Source of the DNA: Lama glama
Taxonomy: Eukaryota
Assembly (NCBI GenBank): GCA_028534125.1
Contig: CM052848.1
Location: forward strand, 9,734,001-9,798,000
Direction of reading: 5' to 3'
Length of the DNA stretch: 64,000 nucleotides
A program made the position numbers and the translations under genes. Below are positions 50,901 to 62,860 of this stretch, piece after piece; within the stretch, counting starts at the first letter, position 1, and each line of letters starts with the position of its first letter. A model generated the notes under the pieces. It was not told where the DNA came from, did no database searches, and saw only the letters and a program-made list of their open reading frames with translations.

Positions 50901-51695
50901 TCCTTAATGTTTTATACTTGCCATCCATGCACTATTCTAATATTTGTATTTTTATGTGAGTTTAGAGTACAAATGTCTATTTCTTGATTTGCTGGCCCAA
51001 GTCAGTGTCAGTCCCCTTAGACCTCTAGCTCCCCGTGAGAGCAAACAATGCCCACGGAACCCACCTCGTACAATTCAGGCACAGCTTGCCCCCGGGGAAT
51101 ATGCCTTTTAACTCAGTGTCCCTCCCTGCTGGCTTCACTTTCTCTGAAGCCCACAGTCAAGCCAGTAGGCTCTCAACACAGACTGAGGTCACCAGGCATT
51201 GGCTCAGCTCTATGCTTTAGACTTGGCCAAACTGGACTCTGACGAAGAATCGAACAGCACAAGGTAAGAGACAGGATCTAATAGTTTAAGGCAGTTCATT
51301 TCCCTGAAGAGGGAAGAGGGAGTGAGGGAGAGCAGGAGAAGAAACGACTAGAGGAGAAAGGGAAGGAAAAAAGAAATAGGAAAACAGGGAGAAAAACTGA
51401 GAAAAGGAGCTGATTAAAATTCTTAACAATCACCTGGCCGAGTGTGCCCACAGCCAGCAATAGTGCAAGGAGGTCCTAGCATCGGCCTGGGCAGCAGACA
51501 GACCCCCGTCCCCAACCTGATGCTACTCCCCGCTAGCATGTCACCTCTGCAAGTAACGTAGGGTTGTGCAGATTAAATAAATTAATGCCTGTTTGCCCTT
51601 GGCCCAGGGTCTGGCCCAGGACGCACAATCAAATTAGCTCAAACTGTATGAGAACTGAACTGTCCCCTACCTGAATCATCACCAACTGCCTAAAT

Positions 51696-51880
51696 CAGTA
51701 GTTCTCCAATTTTATATACATCAGAATCTCCCAGATGGCTTCTTAATGCAGTTTGCTAGGACCCATCCCCGGGGTTTCTGATTCAGCAGGTCAGGGTGGG
51801 GCTTCAGAATTTATCCTTCTGACAAGTTCACAGGTGATGCTGTTGCTGTTGGCTGGAGGAACACACTTTGAGAAACACCG
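51696..51880. mobile_element. MER5A MITE
   Basis: cagtagttctc...gtttctgattcagcaggtc...cacactttgagaaacaccg. TSD gcctaaat/gcctgaat. Confidence 0.88.
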
Positions 51881-54134
51881 GCCTGAATCATAAGGGTCAA
51901 AAAACAGAATGCCACCCACTGGCATCCTAAATTCTCAAGTGAAAAGTCCCTAAATAAAAGCCCTAGAACTCAGTCAATCCCAGACGTAGACACTGGGATT
52001 GAACCTTGCTGATACCGTAAAAAGGAAAAGTGACTTTCATGAGAAATTTCTGGAATGCAAAAACAGAGCCTAGTCCTGTTGCCATAATAAAAAGCATCTT
52101 TTATCGCAGGGCAAACCCTCATTTGCCTTGAAAAGAAGACATCCAGAGAGATGTGCTACAGCACGTGTGCGCTCAAGACACCCAATGAGGCTGCCTTTAC
52201 CATAGGATCATGCTCACCGTCAGTGCCAGTGTTAGACTGAAGCCATTGAGAAAAGCTTCTTTCTCACCAAAACCTTGTCACAGAGCAGACGGATGAAATA
52301 ATGCTCGTCCACACAGAAGCATCTCTTCTGCCTACTTTGGAGGGGCTATAAATAGCTCCTTGGAGAACATTTTTCTATAATTAGCTTTTCACTTCAAGTG
52401 AACTGTGTGTGATGAATTTTGTATCACTAAACATTCTTCCTGGGCAAAGTACATGGTAGATTATGCATCAGTTAGTATAGAAATTTAACTATTTGAACAG
52501 CGTTGCCCAGAAGTCAGAGAATTTTTAAATGAGACAGAAACCACTCTAGGAAATGAATTGAAAATGCCCATTTAGGGTCTAGGGGCTCTTCCAGACAGAC
52601 ACACGAAAATGCATTTAATTACCTCTTAGTTGAGTTCAATGGGACATGAACTGAGACAAGCAAAAGACAACGGGGACTTGTGTGTCAGCACAGCTGTCTC
52701 TCTGCCCTGTGTTTAAGGGTGTTTCTTGCACTGGTTGGAAAAGCGCATGTCTCAGCAACTTATCCGGGCCTTTTTTCTTTTTCGTACTTATATGTTTTAT
52801 TTTATATATCAAATATCACAAATAATAATCAGTTGGCTTTAGACTAATTCCTTATTTTCACTTAGGCTGTTTGCAATGCAATTGAGAGAAAGTGTTTTGG
52901 AACACAAGCCTACAGAAGGCAGGCCAGGCACAAAGGCCTTATAGAGTCAAAGCAATGCCTTCTGCCAGGGACGCGCCGTAGCTCTGACTCTGAAACCACC
53001 TCAGCTAATTGCAGTAGCTGAGAAACACCCCCCCTCCTTCTGGCACATCCACAGCTCACCTCTCCTTGTGATCCTAGGCCCTTCCTTCCCCCAGCTGCAG
53101 GCATCCTGCATGCAAAAGACCTCTCCCATTCAGTTTTCTGCCTGCTTTGAAGCCAGTGTTCCTTCCCTAGGCCACGAGCTCACCACGTTCTACAGGCTGT
53201 GAGAGGCGGGGTGGTTTGAATACTTCCTTGGAGCTACTCACAGTCTGAGCTGAGCACTTCCCCAAGGAGACAAACTATTTCCTGGAAGAAGGGCCATATC
53301 CCTGGCCACCGCATGGAAGGACAACCAGACGTACCAGCTGCTCATGGCGTCCCCCTTGGGCTGGCCTGCACTGGTCTCACTCTCACGGGCCATGAGGAGC
53401 TTGGCTGTCCCCCCAATTTTCTCTTTCACAGGAGACCTTTCTTTTCCAGCCTGTGACCTAGAGCTGGTTTGAAGATCACATCTGTTTACAAAAGGACACT
53501 CCCATCCAGGCCATCACCACAGTCCACAACTTGGCGAGATGCCACTATGCCAATGACACATGTATTGACCCAGGGACCTTATTTCCTTCTACAGTTTATC
53601 AGGACCCAGCATTGCTCTTTTGCCCACCCCAAGCCTGCATGCTGCAATTCTATTTCAGGCGCTTGGAAGATAGCTGCTTCCAGAATGGAGTAAAGATATT
53701 AATAACCGATGTATTGAGAGGAGAACAAGAGAAGACGGAGATGAGGAATGTGGATCCGCAGAGCAGCACATGCCTGCTTTGGCACCAGTTCATTATCCAG
53801 CAAGATCTCATGGGAAGTGAATGATGCCACGAATATCTCTGTGTTGGCATCCGACACAGCTGAGTGCTGGATCGGGTGGGAGGGAAGGAGGGAGGACCGG
53901 GAGCCGATGTCTTACAGCCCAGATCAAACCCTGCCCTGCCACGTGTTTCCCAAGGGTCTGCGGGCACCTTGAGCCTGAGTCGGATTCCTTATCTGTCACC
54001 TGGAAATCATAAGCCCCTTTTTTACGGGGCCTTCTGAAGATTAAATGAGGTAATGAATACCTGGCATGTTACCTCTTCTTACTGAAAACATCATTTGCTA
54101 AAATATCAGTTAAAAAACCCTCTTATCCAGACAC

Positions 54135-54645
54135 CAGAGTATTAATTCAGTGCTAAAAAGAAATGAGCTCTCACACCATGAAAAGACATGGAGAAAGCTT
54201 AGATTCATTTTAGGAAGTGAAAGAAGCCAATCTGAAAGGCTAGATACTGTGTGATTCCAATTATCTGACATCCTGGAAAAAGCAAAACTATGGAAACAGT
54301 AAAACGATCAGTGATTGCCAGGGTTTCGTGGGGAGGGAAATAGAGCACAGAGGATTTGAGGGGCAGTGCAAATACTCTGTGTGACCCTCTAATGGAGGAT
54401 GCAAGTCATTATACATTTATCCAAACCCATCACAGTACAACATGAAGAGTCAACCCTCATGTAAACTGTAAAATTGGGTGACAATGACATGTCAGTGGAG
54501 GTCCACTGATTGTAGCAGATGGACCACTCTGGTGGGGGTTGTCGATGGCAGGGAGGTTGGGGGGAGGGGAGTCAGGGAGTATATGGGAACACTACTTTCT
54601 CATCAATTCTGTTGTTCACCTAAAACTGCTCTGAAATTAAAGACT
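54135..54645 (+). mobile_element. L1MC-type 3' end
   Basis: ctaaaaagaaatgagct...aagtgaaagaagccaatctgaaagg...ggagtatatgggaac...cctaaaactgctct. Confidence 0.85.
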
Positions 54646-55481
54646 GTTGTTTTTTTTTTAAAGATCATCTTAGAAGAGAAAACAGTGGGATCTAAAATCA
54701 AACTTTACTAGAGACAACGTGCTTGAAGGGGCTTCCTCAAGGAGCTTAAGTGTAAGAAAAGATTACTCTCAAGTGGTCTTGTATTTTCAATAGTTTTACC
54801 ACCTCTTTTTCCGGTGCACGTATGTCTGTGTGTGAGTGGTGTTTGCACACACTCACACGTGTGTACCATTTCCTCCTGTGGTCCTCGGAAGCACTGCAGT
54901 TAACAGGTGGGGATTAGCTGAAGCTTTGAGGCTTTGTCACCTCCAGACTCTGCCAACCCAGATTTCTCTCTGAGCTCTCCATGCCAGCTTGGTAAGAAAA
55001 TCTTACTTCATTCTTTAGCTTGCCAACCACCTGATCCAACAGGCACCCGTGCCAAGTCAAGTCGTCACTCTCCCAGGCAAGCTGCACAAGGCCTCGATTT
55101 TCCCCTGGTAGCATCCTCAGGCCCACGAGAGAGCCTGCTGCCGGGAACACATCCCCGCCCTGCACTTTTCTGTCACTGTGATGCTTCTGCACAACCAAGG
55201 CCTCCAAATTCTCACCTTGGTATTTCACATGCAGGTGGACCTCATTGAATCTTTCTTCTGTCGCTGCTCATAAGCCCTGCCCTCTGAGTATTCAGTCTCT
55301 GGCTACTGAGGCCTCTTCTTCATCCAGATACTTTCCCTCTTGTCTTGGTTGCAACAATTTTCCTCCCTCGCGTGATGTTATTTTACTTAATGATGCGTGG
55401 TAGTGTGTTTTATCTTTTTCCAACTTAAAGTGAAAACTGATACTCAGAGGTAAGAATCCATAAAAGGGCTTCTGGACATTC

Positions 55482-55484
<3 letters not shown>

Positions 55485-55514
<30 letters not shown>
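55485..55514. repeat. (TG)15 microsatellite, followed by TAGA repeats
   Basis: Directly visible in the sequence. Confidence 0.97.
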
Positions 55515-55520
<6 letters not shown>

Positions 55521-56099
55521 GACAGATAGATAGGGGTGTATATATATGAAGGCCCTTCTATCTTGCCATAAAAGCCATGATGCATAGAACACAGGACATC
55601 GGCATGTCGTTCCTGGGTCTCCTTGACCAACCATACATGCCTAATGGGGTCCCCAGGCCTGAGCTACTGCTGTAGTCCTTGTAATCACCTGGACATTTTT
55701 TCCTGTCTGTAGCTGGATAGATGGACACCTCTAGTGCACATATTTTGAGAATCTAATTGCATAAATATTTTAAATTAGAATCTGCCCCAACTTCTATGGA
55801 AGAAAAGAACATCTGATTAGACTGCAAAAGCTCTGAATGGTTTCTCTGCTTTCGTCAAAGACTGGCATAACTGACAACAGTGAAACATTTTGATCCTCCC
55901 CTCCGTAAATTCAGATTCTTTGAAAACTAGCTGGGGTTCCTGGATATATCACTGCAGCATTCAATTAATAAAGCCATGTTTTTTAAAAGGATGAACCACA
56001 TAAGACTTGAGAAATGCCTCCAATTGGCAATGTGGTTTTGAGATGGTTCCTTTGCTCTGTGCTGCACATTTTCAATAGTGGCTAGATTATGATCCACTT

Positions 56100-56350
56100 T
56101 GACTTTGTTATCTGGTTGATGAAAAATCCGAGCACCAATGTCATCTCCTCCATGAAGCCCACCCTGATTCTTTCCTTTGAACCCATGTGGTACTTTGTCT
56201 TCCGGCATGTGCCCTCTTTGGCCTCATTTGTATCCTGGCCTCTACATTGTAAACCCTCCTGGTACAGACATAAATTGCTGGAAAATTTCCCTCCATCCCT
56301 CACAGGCCAAGCCCAACCTGATTCAAGACAAGCCTTCAACAAATGCCAAT
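56100..56350 (+). mobile_element. L2 LINE 3' fragment
   Basis: aatgtcatctcctccatgaagcccaccctga...ctacattgtaaaccctc...tcaacaaatg. Confidence 0.6.
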
Positions 56351-57080
56351 AAAAGGAACTAAAGTGCCAAATGCATAGAATCAACAGGAGGTAAACTTTC
56401 CTCTTCAAAAGTCCTTGACATTTTTGGGGACAGGGCATGTTGTGATCTGGTCCCAAATGGGTTCTGTGCTGCAGACTCCACTCTCCCCTTATGGTCAGAC
56501 AGGTGTCCTGCCCCAGTGGGATTAACACTAGGAGTTTCAATGTAGTCTGGAATTAGTACAACCACACATACATCTCCATGATCAAAAGGCAGAAACCACA
56601 CATTTAATAGGCTATCCTTTTACCAGGCAACAGGTACAAACAGACCAGAGCAAAAATACTTGTTGCACTATAGAATAACTTGATGTATTATTTCTGTAGG
56701 CCATTTGTTTCCTAAGAGATCCCTTAATGATTGTTCAACTAGTTCCCAAAAGGGAGGAGGAGGAGGGAGCTGGAATCTCTTTCAAAGCAAGAAAGGAAGG
56801 GAGGTGGCTTTCAATTCTGCATTAAATCCGGTTAAAAGCACACAACTTTATCCTTTAGCAGATATTAGTCATGACCACGCTAGTCAGGGCGAAACCTCCT
56901 GGCCTGAAGGAAAGGGAGGGGGTAGAAAAACAAAGCAAAATAATATAAAATTTTTAAATGTTCTGCTTTTGGAAAGGGAGCGACTTCAAAACCACCATGT
57001 GCCAAATGCCTCCTCCTCCTCCTTGAAAAGCCCTCCAAGTCAGAAGCAAGCCCGAGAATAACAGCTCCTCGTAGGATGAG

Positions 57081-59106
57081 NNNNNNNNNNNNNNNNNNNN
57101 NNNNNNNNNNNNNNNNNNNNNNNNNNNNNNNNNNNNNNNNNNNNNNNNNNNNNNNNNNNNNNNNNNNNNNNNNNNNNNNNNNNNNNNNNNNNNNNNNNNN
57201 NNNNNNNNNNNNNNNNNNNNNNNNNNCCCAAATAAGGCGCTGTGGGTCGAGTCTGCGCGGGAGAGGGTTTGTCTTGAACTTGAAGGGGGAGAGGATAAAG
57301 TAAAGGCCCTGGAACCGAGTTGGGGGGGGGGGGGCGACTCCAGTCCACCTCCCCGACTGGAGGACAGAGGAAAGGCCCTAAGAGATTCTTTCTGGCCACA
57401 AAACTGAGTCTGATAGAAAAGGGCTGGTGGGGGCGCCTTCCTCCCCTGGGCTACTTGTCGGAATGTGCGAAGGACCCAGGGACATTCGAAAAAGGGCTGC
57501 TGGAGCCAGAACGCTGCGCCAGGCACTGTACCTCTGTGATGTCTGGGAAGGGTGACCTCCCGGGGGTTGCAGACCTCTCCCCTCCTTTGGGCTTCTCCCG
57601 AGGCGCCTCCACGTGGGGAACGCCGCCGCCCGGGATGGAGTCCGGTCTGCGGGTCTAGGGAACCTGGTCAGCGCTCCGGGCCTCGGCGGGGCGCCTGGTC
57701 TCCCTTTCCCACACGACTCCGTCTCGAAGCCGCGCAGAGATCGAACAGCAGCTCCTAGCTCCTAGGGGCTATTGACGTGCATTTGTCTCTGCTGGGCGTT
57801 TGCGGGAGCCTTGCTGAAAGCCTCCCTGTTTTGCGCGCGCCGNNNNNNNNNNNNNNNNNNNNNNNNNNNNNNNNNNNNNNNNNNNNNNNNNNNNNNNNNN
57901 NNNNNNNNNNNNNNNNNNNNNNNNNNNNNNNNNNNNNNNNNNNNNNNNNNNNNNNNNNNNNNNNNNNNNNNNNNNNNNNNNNNNNNNNNNNNNGGGAGCA
58001 GCAGCGTGGAGCTCCGGGTGCGCGCTCCTGGCCACAGCCCCCCTCCCCAAGTGCCTCTGCCTAGGAGGCGGGCAATGAGCCAGCTCCTTTCCATCCTTGA
58101 CCCATTTTCCGGACCGGCTACATTCGCCTTGGAAGAAACCCCGATCGCTCCTCCCCAGCAGGCGCTGCGATCCCCCGGGAACAGCGCTCGTCGGCGTCTC
58201 CCCGACCCCCGCCGCCGCCGTTCATTGAGAAAGCGCAGTGGTCCGCGCGCAGAGACGCGCCCGATGCGCTGGCTCGGGCTCCGCGTGCAGGCCTACCCTG
58301 CGAGGACCGCGTGCAGGGGACCACGGTGGTGTGCTCGCCCCTCAACGGACGGGACGGCGGGGTGGCAGCGGGCAGGGCGAGGGTCGGCACCAGGCAGGGG
58401 AGGAAGATTCTCTGCCATCCCCATTGACAACTTGAACGGGACCTCAGCTGGCAGCCCCGCCTCCTTTGGCCTCCTCTCCGGCCAGTTCCCCTCTAAGCAC
58501 ACCCCCGCCCCCGCCCCCGCCCCGCGCCTAGCCGCGACCCCGCGCCCCTGGCCGGACCCCGCCGACCGTCCCTGGCAGCCCAGCAGAGGCGGTGGCGGCC
58601 TAGCGCGCGGGTGTCTGCGCCGCCCAGGGAAGCCGGGGATCCGGGGGTCCTTCTGCCCGTGCAGCGCGCAGGGTGCGTGTCCCAGGCTGGGTCGCGGCCA
58701 GGGCCCGGAGTGCGGCCAGGAGGGACCCGGCCGGCGGCGGCAGCGGGAGCGGAGGGAAGGAGGAGGAGGAGGAGGAGGAGGAGGACTCAGAGGAGGCGGG
58801 AGGAGGGAGGGGGAGGAGGAAGAGGCGGCGGCGGCGGCTCTCCCCGCCGGCTCTGCGTGCGGAAGAGTTTGCCGCCCGAGCAGCCGGCCTCCTGCAGGAG
58901 CCAAAGGACCCGGCGGCGGCGGCCCGGGAGCGGCGCCCGCGTAGCTCCGAGACCTGCAGCCGCGGCGGCGGCGGCNNNNNNNNNNNNNNNNNNNNNNNNN
59001 NNNNNNNNNNNNNNNNNNNNNNNNNNNNNNNNNNNNNNNNNNNNNNNNNNNNNNNNNNNNNNNNNNNNNNNNNNNNNNNNNNNNNNNNNNNNNNNNNNNN
59101 NNNNNN
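57081..59106. other. N-runs inside the promoter (57081-57226, 57843-57993, 58976-59106); others at 29950, 36389, 44394, 44973, 49275 and 49764
   Basis: Directly visible N-runs, concentrated in L1 copies and GC-rich DNA. Confidence 0.97.
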
Positions 59107-59135
59107 CCCGCGGGGCCGCCCCGGCCCGCTCCGAG
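58740..59135 (+). other. KLF3: First exon (visible part non-coding, TSS approximate) of a + strand gene; tentatively KLF3 exon 1a
   Basis: GGA/GGC-rich leader downstream of GC boxes, ending at the donor GAG|GTAAGG (59135|59136). No ATG in the visible part, and 58976-59106 is N. The gene name is inferred only from the architecture: a GC-rich upstream promoter, a CACCC-box downstream promoter, an antisense donor and a long gene-free upstream region. Confidence 0.45.
58759..58785 (+). repeat. (GGA)9 trinucleotide repeat
   Basis: Directly visible in the sequence. Confidence 0.95.
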
Positions 59136-59409
59136 GTAAGGGCCGCGCCCAGGGACGCAGGGGGCCCGGTGGGAGGACGTGCGCGCGGGGTCGCGGGACT
59201 CGGTCACCTGCTCGCCGGCGCGGTGGACGCGCGGGGCCCGGAGCGGCGCTCGGGCCCGGGACTGCGCGGCGTGGGGGTCGGGGGCGCGGGGCGCTGGATC
59301 CCCACCGTCAGCCCCCGGTCCCGCGGCCTGGACGTCAAGTCCTGCGGGGCCACAGCGGCGGCCCGGGTGGTAGGCTCCGTGTGCGTCTTGACGAAGGAGG
59401 CAGAGAACA

Positions 59410-59910
59410 AGACACCCCGAACCTCCGGATTTGGGGTGCTCAGAGAGTACCGTCGGGGTGGGTGGACGCCGTGCCCGGGTAGCAGCCTTGAGGGTCGCCC
59501 ATTGGCCTCTCGGAGTCCCATCGCGCGCCCTCCGGAGCGTGGGCTGCCGGGGACCCCTGGAGAGGGCAGCGTGCGCGCCCCGGGCCCGAGGTCTCTCCGG
59601 GTCCCTGGATCGGAATAGGAATTGGTTCCGGGCCGGAATGGGTGCGGAGCCTGATCCCTGGACGCCTAGAGAGCGCGTAGCCCGGCCCTTCGCGTCGCCT
59701 CGCCACCGGGAGCTCCCCAGGTTGGATGCCAGCGTGGTGTTTTGTTGGGAGGTGTGCCCCCTCCCCGAGCCGAGGCGGGAGGCTTACCTTTGACCTTTCT
59801 GTAGAGCCGCGCAGGGTCGGTAACCAGAGGCTAGGGACAGGGACCGAGGGGCCAGATGAAAACCCAACCCCGCTCCTCTGCCTGCCACTCCTTAAGTGCT
59901 CAAGGTAAGA
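59410..59910 (+). promoter_or_regulatory. Putative alternative downstream promoter and first exon
   Basis: CACCC boxes at 59413, 59433 and a double GGGGTGGGTGG at 59455-59465. Reverse CCAAT at 59501 and 59621. Strong donor AAG|GTAAGA at 59904|59905. Confidence 0.55.
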
Positions 59911-62679
59911 AAGTTTGTTTTCAGCCCTGCGATTCATAAATAATTAGTAACCAGTTTTGTTGATTAAGCAAGATGGAAACCTTCAAAATACACACGCACT
60001 TCCAGAAAGTCTAAAAGCTCCCATGGTTGTATCCGGTAGGCTTTAGCTCAGAAAGTTGAAAGCCGGGGGAGTTCAACAGGTGTTCAGAAGGGGTCGGAAA
60101 GGGGAGAGCTCGGCGAGTTTTTGTCTTTAGTCCCTGTTCCTTTGAGTCATTAAATTGGCCTGTTTCTTTACGGTAAAATATTGAATAGTTATTAAATTAA
60201 CTTAATTAGCAGAGACGAACTGGTCATTCTTGATCATTTAGAACCCAGACCTTCTTTTCCTTGGTAGGAGGGTTTTCCTGGTTTGGACTTTCTAGATAAT
60301 TAGCTCTAAAGCAGCTCCTGGCGAGGTGTCTGTCTCAAACTGACTTGGTCCCTGATCAGTGAATTGACCAACTCATTATGGCTCGCATTTATAACACAGC
60401 AAGTTTTAATTGCTTTTCCTTGGGAGGTGCCAGTTCAAAATTCAAGTAGTAGCTCTATCTTTCTGCCCCTAAGATTTCTTAAAGGAAGCGTTTGCCAAAA
60501 ATAACCCCCAAACGTATTTTAAATGACTCCCAAATATAGTGTTTAAAAGAGCTCTTCAGACTTGGGCCACTATTTTGCAAAAACAAAAAAATCTGTCTCA
60601 TTGAACAGCTAAACCAGGTCGGGTAGAAGTGTGGGCATTTCTCAGCAGTCTACTGAAAGATTTAGTTAAAAATAAAGTATGCAACATAGAGACCCTCAGT
60701 AATTGTCTTCCATCTCACAGAGAGATGTGGAGTGTGGCTTAGAAGAATTGTAAATGTGCTGCTTTTAGCCATTTTCTTCTTAGGAATCGATGCCTCTGTT
60801 TATTTGCTGATCTGTCCCACTGCGGCAGATGTAGGGTTGATTTTATTCTCACTGCTCCCCAGAGTGACTCCTGTGGAGGCCAGAGAAGGGAATATATTCT
60901 AGAGGAAATATGTTATTAATAAAACGCTACCCCCCAAAGAGTTAAACGTGCCAAGAAAAGAACCAAGTGAGGCTTCACTAATTAGTGTGATGGAAAAAAA
61001 ATCCTCTGATAGGAGGAGAGAGCGCTCAGATGGTGACTAAATTTCTTTCTGTAGAAAATGACAATGGTTTTTAAGCTCATTTGGTTCTTTCAAGAGTTTG
61101 GGCCCTTTTTACTATTTCTAGGTATTTAATAATGAAAATGATAAAAAAAATAGTAGTTAAAATGACCCACATCACCTGATAGGTATCGTTATTAAGTTGA
61201 ATTCATCTTATTTTTTTTTAACGATCTTTCTTAACCCTTGGTAGTCTTTAAAGCTGGCTCTTAACACTGCCACTAATTTTTAGGTTACAGATTCAAAATT
61301 AATTATTTTTATCAGATTAAGAGAATAATGCATACATATGCTTTTTATATCACCACTTTTATATGGTTTTTCATCAGTCTGGCTTTGGAACCTTAAACAT
61401 CCAAAAGGCTAAGGCCTTTTTCTTAATGTTTAAAACAAGTATGTATTTTGTTCTTTACATGAAAAGTCAGTTTTTCCATTGTGATCCGGACACTGATTGA
61501 CCCATGCTGATCCCAGGCAGGAGGCGGCATCTCTTCCCCAAGGGAGGTCGGATTGTGAGGTGTTGAAAATAGCCCAGTGACTCAGTATTGTTGGCTTTTT
61601 ACGCCAAGGTCTAATTGGCCTTGGCCGCATCATCAAAGAAGCATCTAATTGAGTTTTGCATTTAAATAGTGGAAATGGTACTTGATGCCTTATTTGCTTA
61701 CAGAAATGTGTGATTAGCACGTTCCCGGTCTCCATTCTATCTGTAGCAAAGATAGGAGGTCAGGGACTGCCACATTCATATCCCCCACAGCAGCTCATCC
61801 CTGTGAGGCCTTATTCATCTTAGATGCTCACTAAGTAGGTTAGGAAATGAGCTGACTTGTCGGTGATAGTTATCCAAAGGTTACAAGTTTCTGAATGCTA
61901 ATGGGGTACTTAACTCTGAGTAATTCTCATTTAAATCTGAAGATGATTAATAGTGCCTTTGAGCACTAAATAAACACTTATTAAATGTGAACATATGTTT
62001 AAAAGGGGAATGTTTTTGAATGCAGCCTTTATCTAAGGCACTACTGTTTCTCACTAAATGCCTTGAGACTGGGGACCACTTGGCATTTGAAGCAAAGTAA
62101 TCTCTTAGGTAAAGTACCCCCAGAGATCACTTGAGCTTCTGTGGGTCATAAGACTGTGTGGTTTCTAGCTGATGATTCAGAACAGAAATGGAAGAGCTTA
62201 TCTTCTATCATGGTGCGAGGGGAAAAAAACATTGTATTAAGAAGGTGGAGGGTTTAGAACATCATGTCTCAAACTTTACAAGTAGCGCTGAGTTCCTGGG
62301 GATCTGTGAGATGCAGGCACTGACTCAGGACTGGGACCTGGGAGTCTGCATTTCTTGCCAGCTCCGGGTGCTCCGGATGCTGTGACACTCACTAGGAAGT
62401 TTCGGGAATTTTCTTAGTTCAGTTCAGCCTGTGATACCAAGCATCTACTGTGTAGTAGGCCCAGGAGATAGAAAAAGAAAGAACATGGGTCCTCTCTGCC
62501 CTCAAGGAGCTTACAAGTTGAGGGAGCTTTTTTCTAGACTGAAATGAGGCTGCAGGACACCACTGTCCAGTGTAGGGGCCAGAGAGGGCCCCAGGAAATG
62601 GAATTTTCCCATGCTACCGATCTTGACCTCTGATCTTCTTTGAATGGAAAGCTTTGTGACTTGGCAGGAAATAAAATGC

Positions 62680-62860
62680 AGATATTTGAAATCAGACAGA
62701 TCTGGGGTCACCTCCCTGCTCAGCTACTGTGTGACTTGAAGCAACTTTCTTAACCTCACTGAGCCTTAGTGTCCTGGACAGAAAAGAGTGAAAATAACGC
62801 TTACCATCAAGTAGGTAGGATGACTGGTGAAGGACACATGTTAGGTGTCACAAAAGTGAC
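62680..62860 (+). mobile_element. MIR SINE
   Basis: gaaatcagacagatctggg...ctgtgtgacttgaagcaactttcttaacctcactgagcctt. Confidence 0.75.

Larger units (their letters stand above)
57227..59830. promoter_or_regulatory. CpG-island promoter
   Basis: Very high GC and CpG density over ~2.6 kb. Tandem GC boxes (CCCCCG)3 at 58502-58524, E-box CCACGTGG at 57609-57616, a (GGA)9 tract, and downstream splice donors. Confidence 0.95.

Noticed and set aside
56753-57022. Inverted pair (GGA)n at 56753-56766 and (CCT)n at 57009-57022
   Set aside because: This is a 14-bp low-complexity match with no complementarity beyond the repeat.
57772-59618. Long ORFs in the CpG island (390, 335, 304 and 269 aa)
   Set aside because: They arise from stop-codon scarcity in GC-rich DNA, span N-runs, are mostly non-ATG, have low-complexity G/R/P/A translations in several frames, and cross splice donors.
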